Below are positions 13,688 through 25,869 of a stretch of DNA of 64,000 bases, piece by piece (position 1 is the first letter of the stretch; the number at the start of each line of letters is the position of its first letter). Made by a program: the position numbers and the translations under genes. The DNA lies in NCBI GenBank assembly GCA_964016885.1, contig OZ024741.1:55242001-55306000 (forward strand), in the 5' to 3' direction. The notes below the pieces were generated by a model. That model was not told where the DNA came from. It made no database searches and worked only from the letters and a program-made list of their open reading frames with translations. The stretch is from Eledone cirrhosa. Lineage: Eukaryota.

Positions 13688-14000
13688 ATAATTGTTTCTA
13701 ATTTTAGCACAAGGCCAGCAAATACTCCAGTGCATTACTGGTACTTTATTTTATCGACCCCGTAAGGATGAAAGGCAAAGTTTAGACAGGAATCGTTGAA
13801 CCTCATATAAATCACGAATTAAAACTACGAAGACATCGTCGCCATAGTAGTCTTCGTCTCACATTACTCCAGTATACTCAGTTGAAATGAGTACCAGCAC
13901 TAGCAGGGGGTTTATCATTGCAATGAACGGGTTTCCTCACCACTCTCGGTCGCTTAACGCCAAGGACACCAGAATAAGCACCGACCTAATGAGCCACCGT
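13688..14000. mobile_element. Partial Nin SINE (-, 13688-13785) and body of a second SINE family (+, about 13860-14000)
   Basis: Match to the SINE 3' half; ctccagtatactcagttgaaatgagtacc resembles the reverse complement of the 22425 SINE. Confidence 0.65.
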
Positions 14001-14519
14001 ACTTGAAACATACATTAGATGTTTAGAGACTTCGGATGTTGATTGGAAATATAACCTGGCCGCGTGATAAAATGATACTACTGCACAATAGTAGTTGGTT
14101 TTATCCTCACTAAACAAAAATACTTCAGTTTCAATGAATTTCCCCCGTATACCTCAACACTTTCAGCTTCAACGGCGAAGATGTTTCTTTCATTTTATTT
14201 TTTCTGTACATCTATGATTCATACATAACTTAACTTTGTCTCAAGTACTTTACTTATGCATGAACTAAATCCGGGAGATATTAAGATAATGCAACGTATG
14301 CCTGCATGTGATGGAACTATGAGAAATAAGAATATAGTATGTATGTGCGTATGTATCAATGAGTGTGTGTATGTACGTGTGTTTGCATGTGTGTGTAATG
14401 AACATTTAACTCCTCGAAAGGGTGCTGTTATGATATACGGTGTATCTTAGACACTTTATACCTGGCAGAGTCCATCCCTTCTCTGAACAGCCGATTTCCC
14501 CCGGAAAATGATAGATACT

Positions 14520-14700
14520 GAGAGAATGAAAATAATCAAAAGATACAGAGAAAGAATTGACCTCAATACGAAACTAGTCCGTTTTTTACCGACGTTAAAA
14601 ATATAGAAAGTCAGGTTGAACTCAGAGCACGAAGATCCTGAATGAATACCACACAGCATTCCATCCTACGTTCTTATGATTCTGCGTATTTGCCACCTAA
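14520..14700 (-). mobile_element. Highly diverged Nin SINE
   Basis: ttgaactcagagc...gcatt...gattctgc.tatttgccacct pattern. Confidence 0.55.
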
Positions 14701-14960
14701 CCATAACTTTAACTAAATTTTAACTTTTACTCTGTACGTTACAGTAAAGATTAATGCAAATGACGTGAGAGAAAAAAGTTTCATACATAAAATATATAAT
14801 TTAACCGGACGCAAGTTTCACCCTATGTTTTACGCTAAATATTAAATAGTTAATTCTATCCCGAGAGAAAAACGAATGAACAGTGAGATAAGAAAAAAAC
14901 ATATCATGCGAATGACACCAAAATACTATATATATGTGTGTGTGTATTTGTGTTTGGGTG

Positions 14961-15018
<58 letters not shown>

Positions 15019-15029
15019 GAGAGAGAGAA

Positions 15030-15103
<74 letters not shown>

Positions 15104-15219
15104 TTTCGCTTCAAGCATAGCTTTATACAATATGTATAAATATTTCGTATCTCCAATGAAATACGGTTTTAGGAAGCCGTAGCTATGCAAACACCGGGGG
15201 GCTAACGCCGTCTGGTGAT

Positions 15220-15313
15220 GTCCAGCAGAAGCAAGGGGGACAAACGTCTATGCATTTCAGGCTTAATTGGCCTTCGTCAGGACGGTCCCTCCCACCGCTT
15301 GCGACTGCTGGAC
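15220..15313 (-). ncRNA. Type I hammerhead ribozyme with intact core and extended stem I
   Basis: GUCCAGCAG..GCAAG..GGGAC-CGUC-CUGACGA-AGGC(CAAUUAA)GCCU-GAA-AUGCAU-A/GACG..GUCCC..CUUGC..CUGCUGGAC. Predicted cleavage between 15249 and 15248. Confidence 0.9.
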
Positions 15314-15367
15314 TAGAAGGCGAGAATATATACATTTCTCGTCTGTGTAAATGAGGTGATTAATCTC

Positions 15368-15375
15368 ATTTGCAT
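15368..15375 (-). promoter_or_regulatory. Octamer motif ATGCAAAT inside the hammerhead repeat
   Basis: Exact octamer, also present at 2825-2832 in the other copy. Function is inferred only. Confidence 0.35.
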
Positions 15376-15691
15376 ATGAAGCTGCATAAGTTGGCTCAAC
15401 TTATAATAAAAAGAAATAGGATTTCGCTTCAAGCATAGCTTTATACAATATGTATAAGTACTTCGTATCTCCAAGGAAATACGGTTTTAGGAAGCCGTAG
15501 CTATGCAAACACCGGGGGGCTAACGCCCTCTGGTGATGTCTAGCAGAAGCAAGGGGGACAACCGTCTATGCATTTCAGGCTTAACTGAGTGTGATTTCAG
15601 TTTGTGAGTTGAACTTGATACCGCGGTCGGAATTTTACCTATCCTATACCCACTCAGCATCATTAATATATATATAGATATATATATATAT

Positions 15692-15810
15692 ATATAGATG
15701 AGATTCTACAGGACTAGAACTGTTTCATTCTTTAGAAATCATCAGGAATCAGATTCCTGATGATTTCTAAAGAATGAAACAGTTCTAGTCCTGTAGAATC
15801 TCATCTATAT
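15692..15810. repeat. Perfect palindrome (59-bp arms, 1-nt spacer), each arm with a hammerhead-like core; inverted PLE terminus
   Basis: 15692-15750 is the exact reverse complement of 15752-15810. CTGATGA-tttctaaagaat-GAAAC in each arm, followed by gtattgagtac as in other PLE ends in this window. Confidence 0.85.
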
Positions 15811-15887
15811 TAAAACTTTTATACTCTGCAATGTATTGAGTACCTTACTTACTGTGGTTACCTCCGATTCAACCCGGAATAACGTAC

Positions 15888-15977
<90 letters not shown>

Positions 15978-15982
<5 letters not shown>

Positions 15983-16185
15983 TTTGCGATTTGGTGGGGC
16001 TGTTATCCTTAATATATTACAGGCTAAATTCCCCGACTTTCAGACTGGTTTATATTGCGGTGATTATATGACCCTATCGAGCCATAAAAACAGCCATGAT
16101 CTCGACACCTTTAGCAAGAACTTAATCACCACTTTTAGCGAATTGGAACTAAAGATTACGGTATCTACCAACCTCACTAGTGTGG
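15978..16185 (+). pseudogene. Penelope reverse transcriptase fragment
   Basis: DVCDLVGL..ILNILQ..GLYCGDYM...LITTFSELELKITVSTNLTSV is a decayed form of PLE ELVGL...GLYRDDGL...GLKIT..NL. Confidence 0.7.
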
Positions 16186-16575
16186 TGGTGCTGGCTGTGG
16201 TGGTGGTGGTGGTACTGCTGCTGGTAGTTGTGATGGTGGTGGTGGTGGTGGTGGTGGTGGTGGTGGCTGTGGTGGTGGCGGTGGTACTGCTGCTGGTAGT
16301 TGTGATGGTGGTGGTGGTGGTGGTGGTGGTGGTGGTGGTAGTAGTGGTTGCGGCGGCGGTGGTGGTGGCCGTGGTGGGGGTTAGGGGGGGGGGGGTTAGG
16401 GGGGGGGGGGGGGGTAGTAATGACGGTGGTTATGATAGAGGTGATTGGTGGTAGTAGCAACAGAGATGTTGGTGATGATGATAGTGATGATGGTAGTGAT
16501 GGTGATGATGGTGGTGGTGGTGGTGGTGGTGGTAATGATAGTGGTGATGGTGGTGGGGGATGGTTATGATGATAG
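16182..16575. repeat. (GGT)n/(GAT)n low-complexity tract
   Basis: Direct inspection. Confidence 0.9.
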
Positions 16576-16851
16576 TATGCGTGTGTGTGTGTGTGTGTGT
16601 GTGCTGGTGGGGTGGAATGGGTAAATGTTGGTTTTAGTATCAATTCTCAACAAGGAGACAGCGACAGGTTTCGAGCTCCAACTTGCTGTGTGCAACGCCT
16701 CCTGGTGTTTTGTTGCATTAATGAAGTGAAAGGTTACATTTAAGGTTATTTAAAATTATCAATTTGCTGTAAGAGATATTAATGTACGAACACTCACACG
16801 TACATACATACAGAGAGAGAGAGGGAGAGAGATACACTCGCACAAATAGTC

Positions 16852-16961
<110 letters not shown>

Positions 16962-16973
16962 GTAAAATATATT

Positions 16974-17031
<58 letters not shown>

Positions 17032-17100
17032 TATATATATGTATATATACATAAATATATTATATATATATATATATGTAGAGAGAGAGAGAGAGAGAAA

Positions 17101-17146
<46 letters not shown>

Positions 17147-17194
17147 AATATGGTGAGAAGAATACTGCATATATATATATATATATATATATAG

Positions 17195-17260
<66 letters not shown>

Positions 17261-17270
17261 ATATATATAT

Positions 17271-17344
<74 letters not shown>

Positions 17345-17410
17345 CGCGCCTACGTATTGGTACTTGTTTATTTGCATATGTATATGTGTGAGTGTAAATA
17401 CACATACATT

Positions 17411-17460
<50 letters not shown>

Positions 17461-18769
17461 CGTGGGTATAAATGAGTCGTGTCCATGTGTGTATATATTT
17501 ATGATAGCATATACTAAGCAGATAAACACGAAATTGTGAAAAGATAGATTATGTATGAGTATGTATGCATTATGTATGTATGTATGGCTATAGGTGTGTA
17601 TATGTATATATATATATGTGTGTGGGGGGTGTCTATGTGTATATATGTATGTGTGTATACATGTGAGTATGTATGTATGTGTGTGTGTATGAATGTATGT
17701 ATGTATGAATGCATGTATGTATGTATAAATGTGTGAATGTATGTATGTATATATGTATGCATGATTATAGGTATGTATATGTATATTCATATATATATAT
17801 ATTTATGTGTATGTGTGCGTATGTGTATGTATGTATGTATGTGTGCACGTGTATATGTATGTGTGTGTGTATCAATATATGTATGTATGTATGAATGAGT
17901 GAATGTATATATGTATCTGTGTGTATGTGAGTAGCACAACTATGAAAAAATAGTTGTGCTACTCACATACACACAGATACATATATACATTCGTTCACTC
18001 ATTCATACATACATACATATATTGATACACACACACATACATATACACGTGCACACATACATACACATACGCACAGATACAGAAACACAAGGAGACAACG
18101 CAGAAAAGCAATACTCACCTTCGGTATGTGTACTTGTATCTATACCGTGTAGGCCGTCTGTCTATCTATCATCTACTATATCTAAACTATAATAAAGTAA
18201 GTAGCGCGGGACTCCGTACGGTTTATAATGTGTTATCCCATTAGTAAAATAAGTTGGTTTACTTTGAATAAATAATGAATGAATATTACATAATTTATCT
18301 ACTAAATTTCGTGGCTGTTGATTAAATATATTTTGTTTATTTAAAGATTCACTTTTTTAAAATTTCTGAAATGTCAACACTTCCGGTTGGCCATCGCTAA
18401 AATTAACATACTAATTTTTTGTCACTAATTCTCTCCTAATGCAGTTTATATATAATATAGTCTTTTTTAATGTATCATGGATTACGTTACTGATTACATA
18501 AGACAATGTAACGCAGTCTTCAATTTCTATATATATTGTCAATTACGATTTTATTTGATGTATCATATCTACATGTATATATACCTGCGTATTGTATCAA
18601 TATACACATTACACATGGTAGCAGAAAACTACCCGAAGGGTGGTTTTTCTGCTAGTATAGATAATAAACACAACCACAAGGATATGGTCCGAATGTGGAA
18701 GAGCCGAACTCCCACTGTCATCGCCTCCATCTCTCTCGCCCTCGCCATCTTTCTGTATGGTGAACAAAT

Positions 18770-19020
18770 GGGGTCCCACGTGCTGGTATCCCCACAGAAT
18801 GGAGAAGGCGTTTCCCCGGAGGATGGTAAGGGAGATGCGCTGGGAGAGACATTCCATTCACGAGGCTCACAGTATGTTACGTAACTCTCCAGATTCTGTA
18901 ATGTCCTGTTCAGTCGAAAGACGTACTTGTATGTTGTGGAGGAGGGTATTTTCGGGTTTCTTTATTCGTTAGTTGCCATGATCTTGTAAGTTACTGATGA
19001 AGCTATGGGTCAGGTAATGC
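18770..19020 (-). pseudogene. CRE-clade-like non-LTR retrotransposon C-terminal remnant
   Basis: EPRE..CLSQRISLTILRGNAFSIL resembles the terminal QRLSVAIQRGNAxxIL motif of CRE-type RLE elements. Confidence 0.5.
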
Positions 19021-19098
19021 AAGAAACTAATACACAAGATACGAGTATAACTGTTAAATAGATAGATAGATAGACAAAGAGAGAGGCGGAAGAGAGAT

Positions 19099-19136
<38 letters not shown>

Positions 19137-19259
19137 GGTAAACATTTATGCAATTCAATTCAAGCACTCAACGTACTTTTTCCACATAGGAGTGACGGAG
19201 TAAATATCGAATAAGGAAAAGCGAAGTAGTTTCAGATGTTCAAGTCCTTTAAGAATAAT

Positions 19260-19333
19260 GCTGTGATATATATTTCAGTGACGACACTGGCCACACTGTT
19301 CTGTGTGCGAGTGTCGTGTCATCATCAGACAGC
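19260..19333 (-). ncRNA. Type I hammerhead ribozyme
   Basis: GCUGU-CUGAUGA-[..ACGACACU..CACAC agaaca GUGUG..AGUGUCGU..]-GAA-AUAUAUAU-C/ACAGC; AUC cleavage triplet. Confidence 0.85.
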
Positions 19334-20251
19334 TTGTTACATAATAAGGTTATGTTTCCGAGGCAATCCAAGTTGGATCGACATGGGAACGGATGAATTG
19401 CGTGTTTTGGGGTTTTTCATCCGCTCCCTTGTGAGTACCAATTCACCCCCACCGGCCTGCGCAAGCGCATGTCCGAAGGAAGTTTACCATTAACCACCGC
19501 AGATTTCAACGAAATTCGCTTAGTCAGTTCACCCTCTCAGCCAAAACAATGGCCCACCAATGCCTGTACCATATTTTACTGCTACCCATCACGGCTGTGG
19601 CAGTCAGCCGAGAGCCAGGGGGATGGGAGAGTGTTAGTTTTTACAGGTCATAATACTACCCCTCACTAAGCGTTGACGGTACGACTGACCATCATCTTAT
19701 AAGGGAAAATAAACTTAATTCTAGGTATCATGGTTTTACGTTGGAAGTTAAGAGTGAGAGTTGGAAATAAAAATTAAAATCCTAAATCAAATATCAGAAA
19801 TTATAAATTAAACAATTAAGAAATTAACAATTAGAAATTAAAGAATTAAAAAAAAAAAAAAATTCTTTTCAGGTGATAATTCGGATTGATGTGAGTAAAA
19901 ATATAGACTGTAGTGAGTAAATAATATGGAGAGAGATGTTTAAGTAATATGTTCTGAGAGGGATTCTAGTGTCACAGTTACTCTATCTACATATTGAACG
20001 ACAGTGCCGTACATTATAACTGAGGGCAAACTACAGGGCTCCAGGCATTAGTCAATCTGGTACACAGTCATAATTTCCATCACATGGAACAAAATCAAAG
20101 AAAAACAGACATAAAGTACACAAAAGAAAAGAACAGAACCAATAGTGAATAAATGCAAAAACACAGAGTACATATATGCAAAATGATCCATATGATTGTC
20201 CATCTGTCCATGTATAGATTGAATTGAGGGGGCTTCTGTTCAAATGTGATT

Positions 20252-20295
<44 letters not shown>

Positions 20296-20339
20296 CATCT
20301 CTCTTCCGCCTCTCTTTTTGTCTATCTATCTATCTATCT

Positions 20340-21320
20340 GGCACACCGAGTGTGCCCAGGCGCTCACGGCTCTCTGGCAGGCGGACCCGGCTGTCAGTGG
20401 AGAATCCACCTCGTTATTCTATAGAGGGCTGGTGGTTAGCAGGTGCGACGACGCCCTCGGAGAAGCCCTAGGCATGGAGGAAGACGAACTGGCCAACCTG
20501 TTCGGTAGGACATTCAGCCCGGGACCCATGGATAACTTCCAGAGGTCCCTGGCCTGGCAATGCTACAGAAGGGCTCTGCCCCGTTCGAGAAAGGCTCTAC
20601 AGACACGGGCGCCCGGGTAGGGACCCATCGAAAAAGATCTGTCCCAGATGCGTGTGCGACGAGGAAACCGTTGCACACGCATTGGTACACTGCTCGGGCA
20701 TTGCCGATCTGTGGGGCTATGTCGAACAACTGCTGTCAAGGGTGGGACCGATCCGGTTGACCACCGAGTCTATTGTAACGATCAAGCCGCCTCCCCTCTT
20801 CACAAACGAAGGTGAGGCGGTGTTTCTGTGCGTAATAGCCATGGCGAAAGAGGTTGTATGGTGGACGTGTCTGAAAGGACTGAGGTCAGACACCTTTCTC
20901 TCTGGCCAACAACTGGTCCGTTTCTTCCGATATCATTTCGGAAGAAGGATCAGGATGGAGAGAGAGGTGCTGCACCCCAGCCGTTTCTATGAAAGATGGG
21001 TGAAAGTGGCGAGAATGGCCCGTGTGAATGGGCCTTCACTCTACATCAGACTATAGGTGAGGAAGATGAAAGACCAAGGGAGCACCCCTTCTCTGTGCTC
21101 CTGAGGAGAAGGGTTGCACACTTTTTTCGGGGGTGTGTGCGACCCCCCAAGGCGCCTCCTCTCTATTGAGGACTTTGTTATAAATTTTATTTTTTGTTAT
21201 ATTTTATTTTATTTTTATATATTGTTATTGCCTCCTCCTTATTGAGGACGCCTTGTTTTGTAAACTCCCCCCATTGTACTTGTCCCACTTTTGATGCCCT
21301 GGTGGCAAATAAAAGAAACA
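20340..21320 (+). mobile_element. Tx1/L1-clade LINE, 5'-truncated, inserted in (TATC)n
   Basis: Homologous to the C-terminus of the 27.9 kb ORF2 (FGRTF.PGPMDNFQ.SLAWQCYR, ETVAHALVHC, ARMARVNGP). AATAAA then ATCT repeats; TATC repeats also on the 5' side. Confidence 0.9.
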
Positions 21321-21400
21321 TATCTATCTATCTATTTAACAGTTATACTCGTATCTTGTGTATTAGTTTCTTGCATTACCTGACCCATAGCTTCTCTCTC

Positions 21401-21521
<121 letters not shown>

Positions 21522-21892
21522 GTAGGTAGATAAAAGGTGTAGCCTTTTTAGAAAGCTCCAACATGGTATCCTAACACTTTTCTTATTTCTTTGGGGTTTT
21601 TTTTGTTTTTTTATTATTATTTCTTCTTCGATAAAGATTTTACTCACTCCAAAACGTCAAATCATTTTCTTCCCTTTCCAAAACGAGGCGTTACTTATGA
21701 TAGTGCCTGTTGGGGCCATTTTAAGGAATTAAATGATGGTGAAAGATGCGAGGTAAGAGAAACTGGTCAAGAGTAGAGCGTGTGGTGCATATGAAGGCTG
21801 AAGTACGATAAATGTTGCGGACTCGAGGAAGAGTGTTGTAAATGATTCTCTGTGTGTACCTCCGCCGTACACAATATCGAGGCATTATTTGA

Positions 21893-22106
21893 AGGCGGTG
21901 GATTGGCAGTATCGGTAGAGAGTCGGACACCATGTTTGCAGCATAGAGTTACGGTCCTTTACGATCTGAGTTCAAATCCCGCCCAGGTTAACTTTGCCTT
22001 TCATCCTTACGGGGTCGATAAAACAAATCACCAGTAACGTACTGGGGTTGATTTAATCGACTCCCCCCTCCCCCCAAATTACTGGCCTTGTGCCTATACT
22101 AGAAAT
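21893..22106 (+). mobile_element. Nin-domain SINE, long variant
   Basis: Full copy with TSD CATTATTTGA at 21883-21892 and 22107-22116. Confidence 0.9.
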
Positions 22107-22169
22107 CATTATTTGAGACGTGGTCTCAAAATCCAGGTCCTTGCTGCACAAAGACGTAGTAAATTGCCG

Positions 22170-22702
22170 AGGAGATTCAAAGTAGTTTAGATGCTAGAGT
22201 CCTCCAATGATAAGGCCGAGATACACACTTCGATGACAACAGTGGCCACGCGATTCTGCGTAGTACCCAGTGCCATGATCACATCATAATAGGGTTTACC
22301 TCCTGATTGTAACCTTATTATGTTGTTACAGCTCACACCTATGCAGATTTAGCTAGCCTCCTCCAAAGTATATCTCGTTGGAGGTGTCTTGGGTGATTTT
22401 AATGATAGGGACTCCAATCCTATCATCTCATTTCTACAGCTGAGTAAACTGGAGCAACGTGAAATAAAGTGTCTTGCTCAAGGAAACTACACATCACTCG
22501 GTCCGAGAATTGAATTCACAACCTTTCGATTACAAGCCCAATGCTCTAACCACTAAGCCATGTGCTTATTATGTAAGAAGCTGTATGATGGGATCATGGC
22601 ATTGGGTAGTACGCGGAATCGAGTGGCCACTGTCGTCATCGAAGTGTGTATCACAGTCTTATCGATGGAGGATTTTGACGTCTAAACTACTTTGTATTTC
22701 CT
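22170..22702. mobile_element. MITE/foldback with ~118-bp imperfect TIRs
   Basis: 22170-22288 is the reverse complement of 22584-22702 (caaagtagtttaga...gatacacacttcgatgac.acagtggccac.cgattc.gcgta.taccca.tgccatgatc). Confidence 0.8.
22425..22566 (-). mobile_element. tRNA-derived CORE-type SINE nested in the MITE
   Basis: Minus strand TGGCTTAGTGGTTAGAGC (A box), GAATTCAATTC (B box), TCCTTGAGCAAGACACTT (CORE-like). Confidence 0.8.
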
Positions 22703-22734
22703 TATTCTCTCTCTATATATATATGTGTGTGTGT

Positions 22735-22840
<106 letters not shown>

Positions 22841-22921
22841 GGTAAACAGAAATAACAACACGATCGGTACAGTATATGGAAGGTATATATTAGGTTAACG
22901 CTTGATATAACAGGAAGAGGG

Positions 22922-22957
22922 TCTTAACGTTTCGGACGCTAGTCCTTCATCAGAAGA
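22922..22957 (-). ncRNA. Minimal (36 nt) PLE-type hammerhead ribozyme
   Basis: UCUU-CUGAUGA-A-GGAC(UAGC)GUCC-GAA-ACGU-U/AAGA; loopless palindromic stem III. Confidence 0.85.
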
Positions 22958-23287
22958 AAGAATGAGAAATAAAACAGATTAAGGGGACGGGCGGGATGGA
23001 ATTGGAGAAAATGTCTTTAGATAAAAATAATAGGTCCATTCATGTTGACATCTCTTGCAATATATATATAGTTATCTACCTGTTTATGATAGAGCCAATA
23101 ACGTTGTTAGAACTCCGTGTAGTTTTCAAGGAATAATTCCAAAGAGATCAGGTGGTGAGAGCTATTGTTTTGTAGAGGCTTTCGTCATATAAGATTCCGT
23201 TGTTCATTCTAAACGAACTACATAATCATATATATATGTTTTGAACAAGGAAAATTATAGATGAATATTGGTGCTTAATAGGTTCAC

Positions 23288-23391
23288 TGCTTTACGATCA
23301 TTTCAGAAGTTTGATTGATCATGATAAATCGATATATTGACTAACTGATAATGATTATTAGACACGATACTCACCGTCTTCTTCAGAAACA
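23288..23391 (-). ncRNA. Hammerhead-like ribozyme with large loop II
   Basis: UGUUU-CUGAAGA-AGA..(~70 nt)..UCU-GAA-AUGAUCGU-A/AAGCA. Lies 3' of a decayed GIY-YIG-like region (about 23400-23900, minus strand). Confidence 0.55.
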
Positions 23392-23997
23392 ATTGTTTTG
23401 TAATGGTTTAAATCCATAGATATGTTCACATTAGCTTTGCTTAGACTCTATATCTTCTCTCCTTGTTTTGATATCCTTAATTAAACGAACACCATTATAC
23501 AATCCTCTAACCTAATATGAACCTATTTACAAAGTAAACCATGGTGATCTAAAATTGCCTTTTAAGTTCAACTCTTTATGACTACTTCACATCATTATTT
23601 TATTAATACACCCTAAACCTTTTCATTACTTTAACGAAATTTCATAATTCCAAAAACACTAATGTATTTTATCATCACACACTTCAAAACCGATTATTCG
23701 TTAAAATTTAATCCTAAGCTTTCGAAATTGACTTGCACATTTATAAATATAAATTCTATTAACTGCAAATTCTTTTACATTAGTTACATACACTACCTTT
23801 AAGTTACATTTTCATTGAAAGGGCATTAAAATATAGATATAATGGCTCATCCTTTGAAACACTAATCAAGCCTTTTCAGATATCACCCTTCATATTGTCT
23901 TTTCCTCTTATATTTCTGTTTTGTAATTTATTTTTTGGTTTCTGTTCCATTATATATATGTGTATATATAATATGTATATATATATATATGTGTGTG

Positions 23998-24058
<61 letters not shown>

Positions 24059-24659
24059 ATGAAAATGGCGTGCTGCATTGTTGCGGATGTGATACATATG
24101 AATAAAAAAAATAGAGTAAGAAGCCAGGACTATCCGTCATCAGTGATCTTCTGGCCATCATAGGTATTTCTTCGCATTAAAGATCATATACATCAGGCCA
24201 GCGCGAGCAATAACTAAATAAAGTTATTGGGATAAAAATAATTGGATGGAGAAAGAGAGACATGTAAACAAACAAGAATGGTAAGGCAACGTAAAGGGTG
24301 AATCAAGTGAGTGATACGAGTAATCATAAGATCTGGCGAACCATTGACGAGAAAGATGAAAGACGCATCCGGGCCATGCGAAATGTGAGCGAGAAAAGAA
24401 TTTCACACAGGTCAGACGGGTGGGAGTGAGAAAGGGTGAGTAGCAGAGGGTGAGTGAGTGAAAGTGTGAGGAAGAGGCTAGCCGAGAGAGGGTGACTAGC
24501 AAAGGGGGTGAATGAAAGTAAGAGGTACAAGGAGAGAGAAGGGAGAGAGAGAAAGAGGATAGCAGTAAGGGAAGAGAAAGAGACAGGTCACAGTGGAATG
24601 TGTATGTATATACATATACATACACACACATATATATATATATATATAGTTTTTAGTTG

Positions 24660-24732
<73 letters not shown>

Positions 24733-25073
24733 AAAGTATGTCCATAGAATCATTTGATAAGATATATACAACATCTCCTCTCCCAATCAGCATAATCAAC
24801 CACACAAAAAACTAATTAACCAGGCTATAAGATTAAAAGAAATAATAGATAAATAAACGACAGACATCTATTCGCGATCAACAGCATTTCAATAGTACGT
24901 GGAAATCGATTAAATATATCGTCAACCATACACAATTAGGTATAAAATTAAAGTTAGAAGAAAAGATGTATATAAACATACCAAGATTGCATATGTACAA
25001 ATGTATATAAACATACCAAGATTATATATATATATTAATAAGAATTAAAAACTAATAACTAAAAATTAATTAT

Positions 25074-25123
<50 letters not shown>

Positions 25124-25177
25124 TTTTTAGTTTTTAGTTTTTAATTCTTATTAATTCTTTTTAATTCTAATACTCGA

Positions 25178-25221
25178 TATTTGATAAGATGAATTTTACT
25201 AATACATCGAAACCGGTTATA
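25178..25221 (+). ncRNA. Decayed minimal hammerhead
   Basis: UAU-UUGAUAA-GAUG..CAUC-GAA-ACCGGU-U/AUA; two core mismatches. Confidence 0.5.
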
Positions 25222-25501
25222 CTTTACATACTTTATATACATTATAAAACTCTTTTTTTAAAGAATTGTCCCTCACAGTTTTTCAATAATGTCACTTTGA
25301 CGAATCAAAGAAAGTAAAAAAAAAGAAAGGCAGAACCTTAAATATATTTTCCGTCCTATTTCCAACTTCACCTTTCTCTATAACCACTGTTTATTATAGA
25401 ACTTCACTTCCCTTTTCAAACATATATATATATACATATATATTATATATATAGAGAGAGAGAGAGGGAGAGAGAGAGACATGTAGAGCGATAACTATTT
25501 G

Positions 25502-25537
<36 letters not shown>

Positions 25538-25547
25538 GCACATTTAT

Positions 25548-25678
<131 letters not shown>

Positions 25679-25869
25679 TATAGATAGATAGATAGATAGA
25701 TAATATAGATAATTTAATATATCTACTAACATAAGCGCACAGATGTACGCTAATGCCAGCAAATACACAGGTTATGTCATAGTACCTAGGTGGTTCAATG
25801 CAGGAGGATGCAGAACAATAATATAAAAGACATAAAATAAGAAAATTAACTTACTTACTTAAATTTTCA

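Larger units (their letters stand above)
15101..15585 (-). mobile_element. Head-to-tail 1.5-mer of a 318-bp non-coding hammerhead repeat (retrozyme-like)
   Basis: ATTTCGCTTCAAGCATAGC at 15103 and 15421 (period 318). The second unit is cut inside the hammerhead, i.e. 5'-truncated on the minus strand. Confidence 0.9.

Noticed and set aside
18995-19030. CTGATGA followed by GAAAC
   Set aside because: No stem pairing; probably chance.
22490-22566. tRNA gene
   Set aside because: tRNA-derived SINE head with A/B boxes continuing into a CORE-like body; no complete cloverleaf. The same applies to the Nin SINE heads.
24151-24201. Hammerhead-like CUGGC-CUGAUGU...GAA...GCCAG on the minus strand
   Set aside because: Stem I is plausible but core and stem III are too decayed; probably a PLE remnant, since the adjacent region is shared with 5340-5465.
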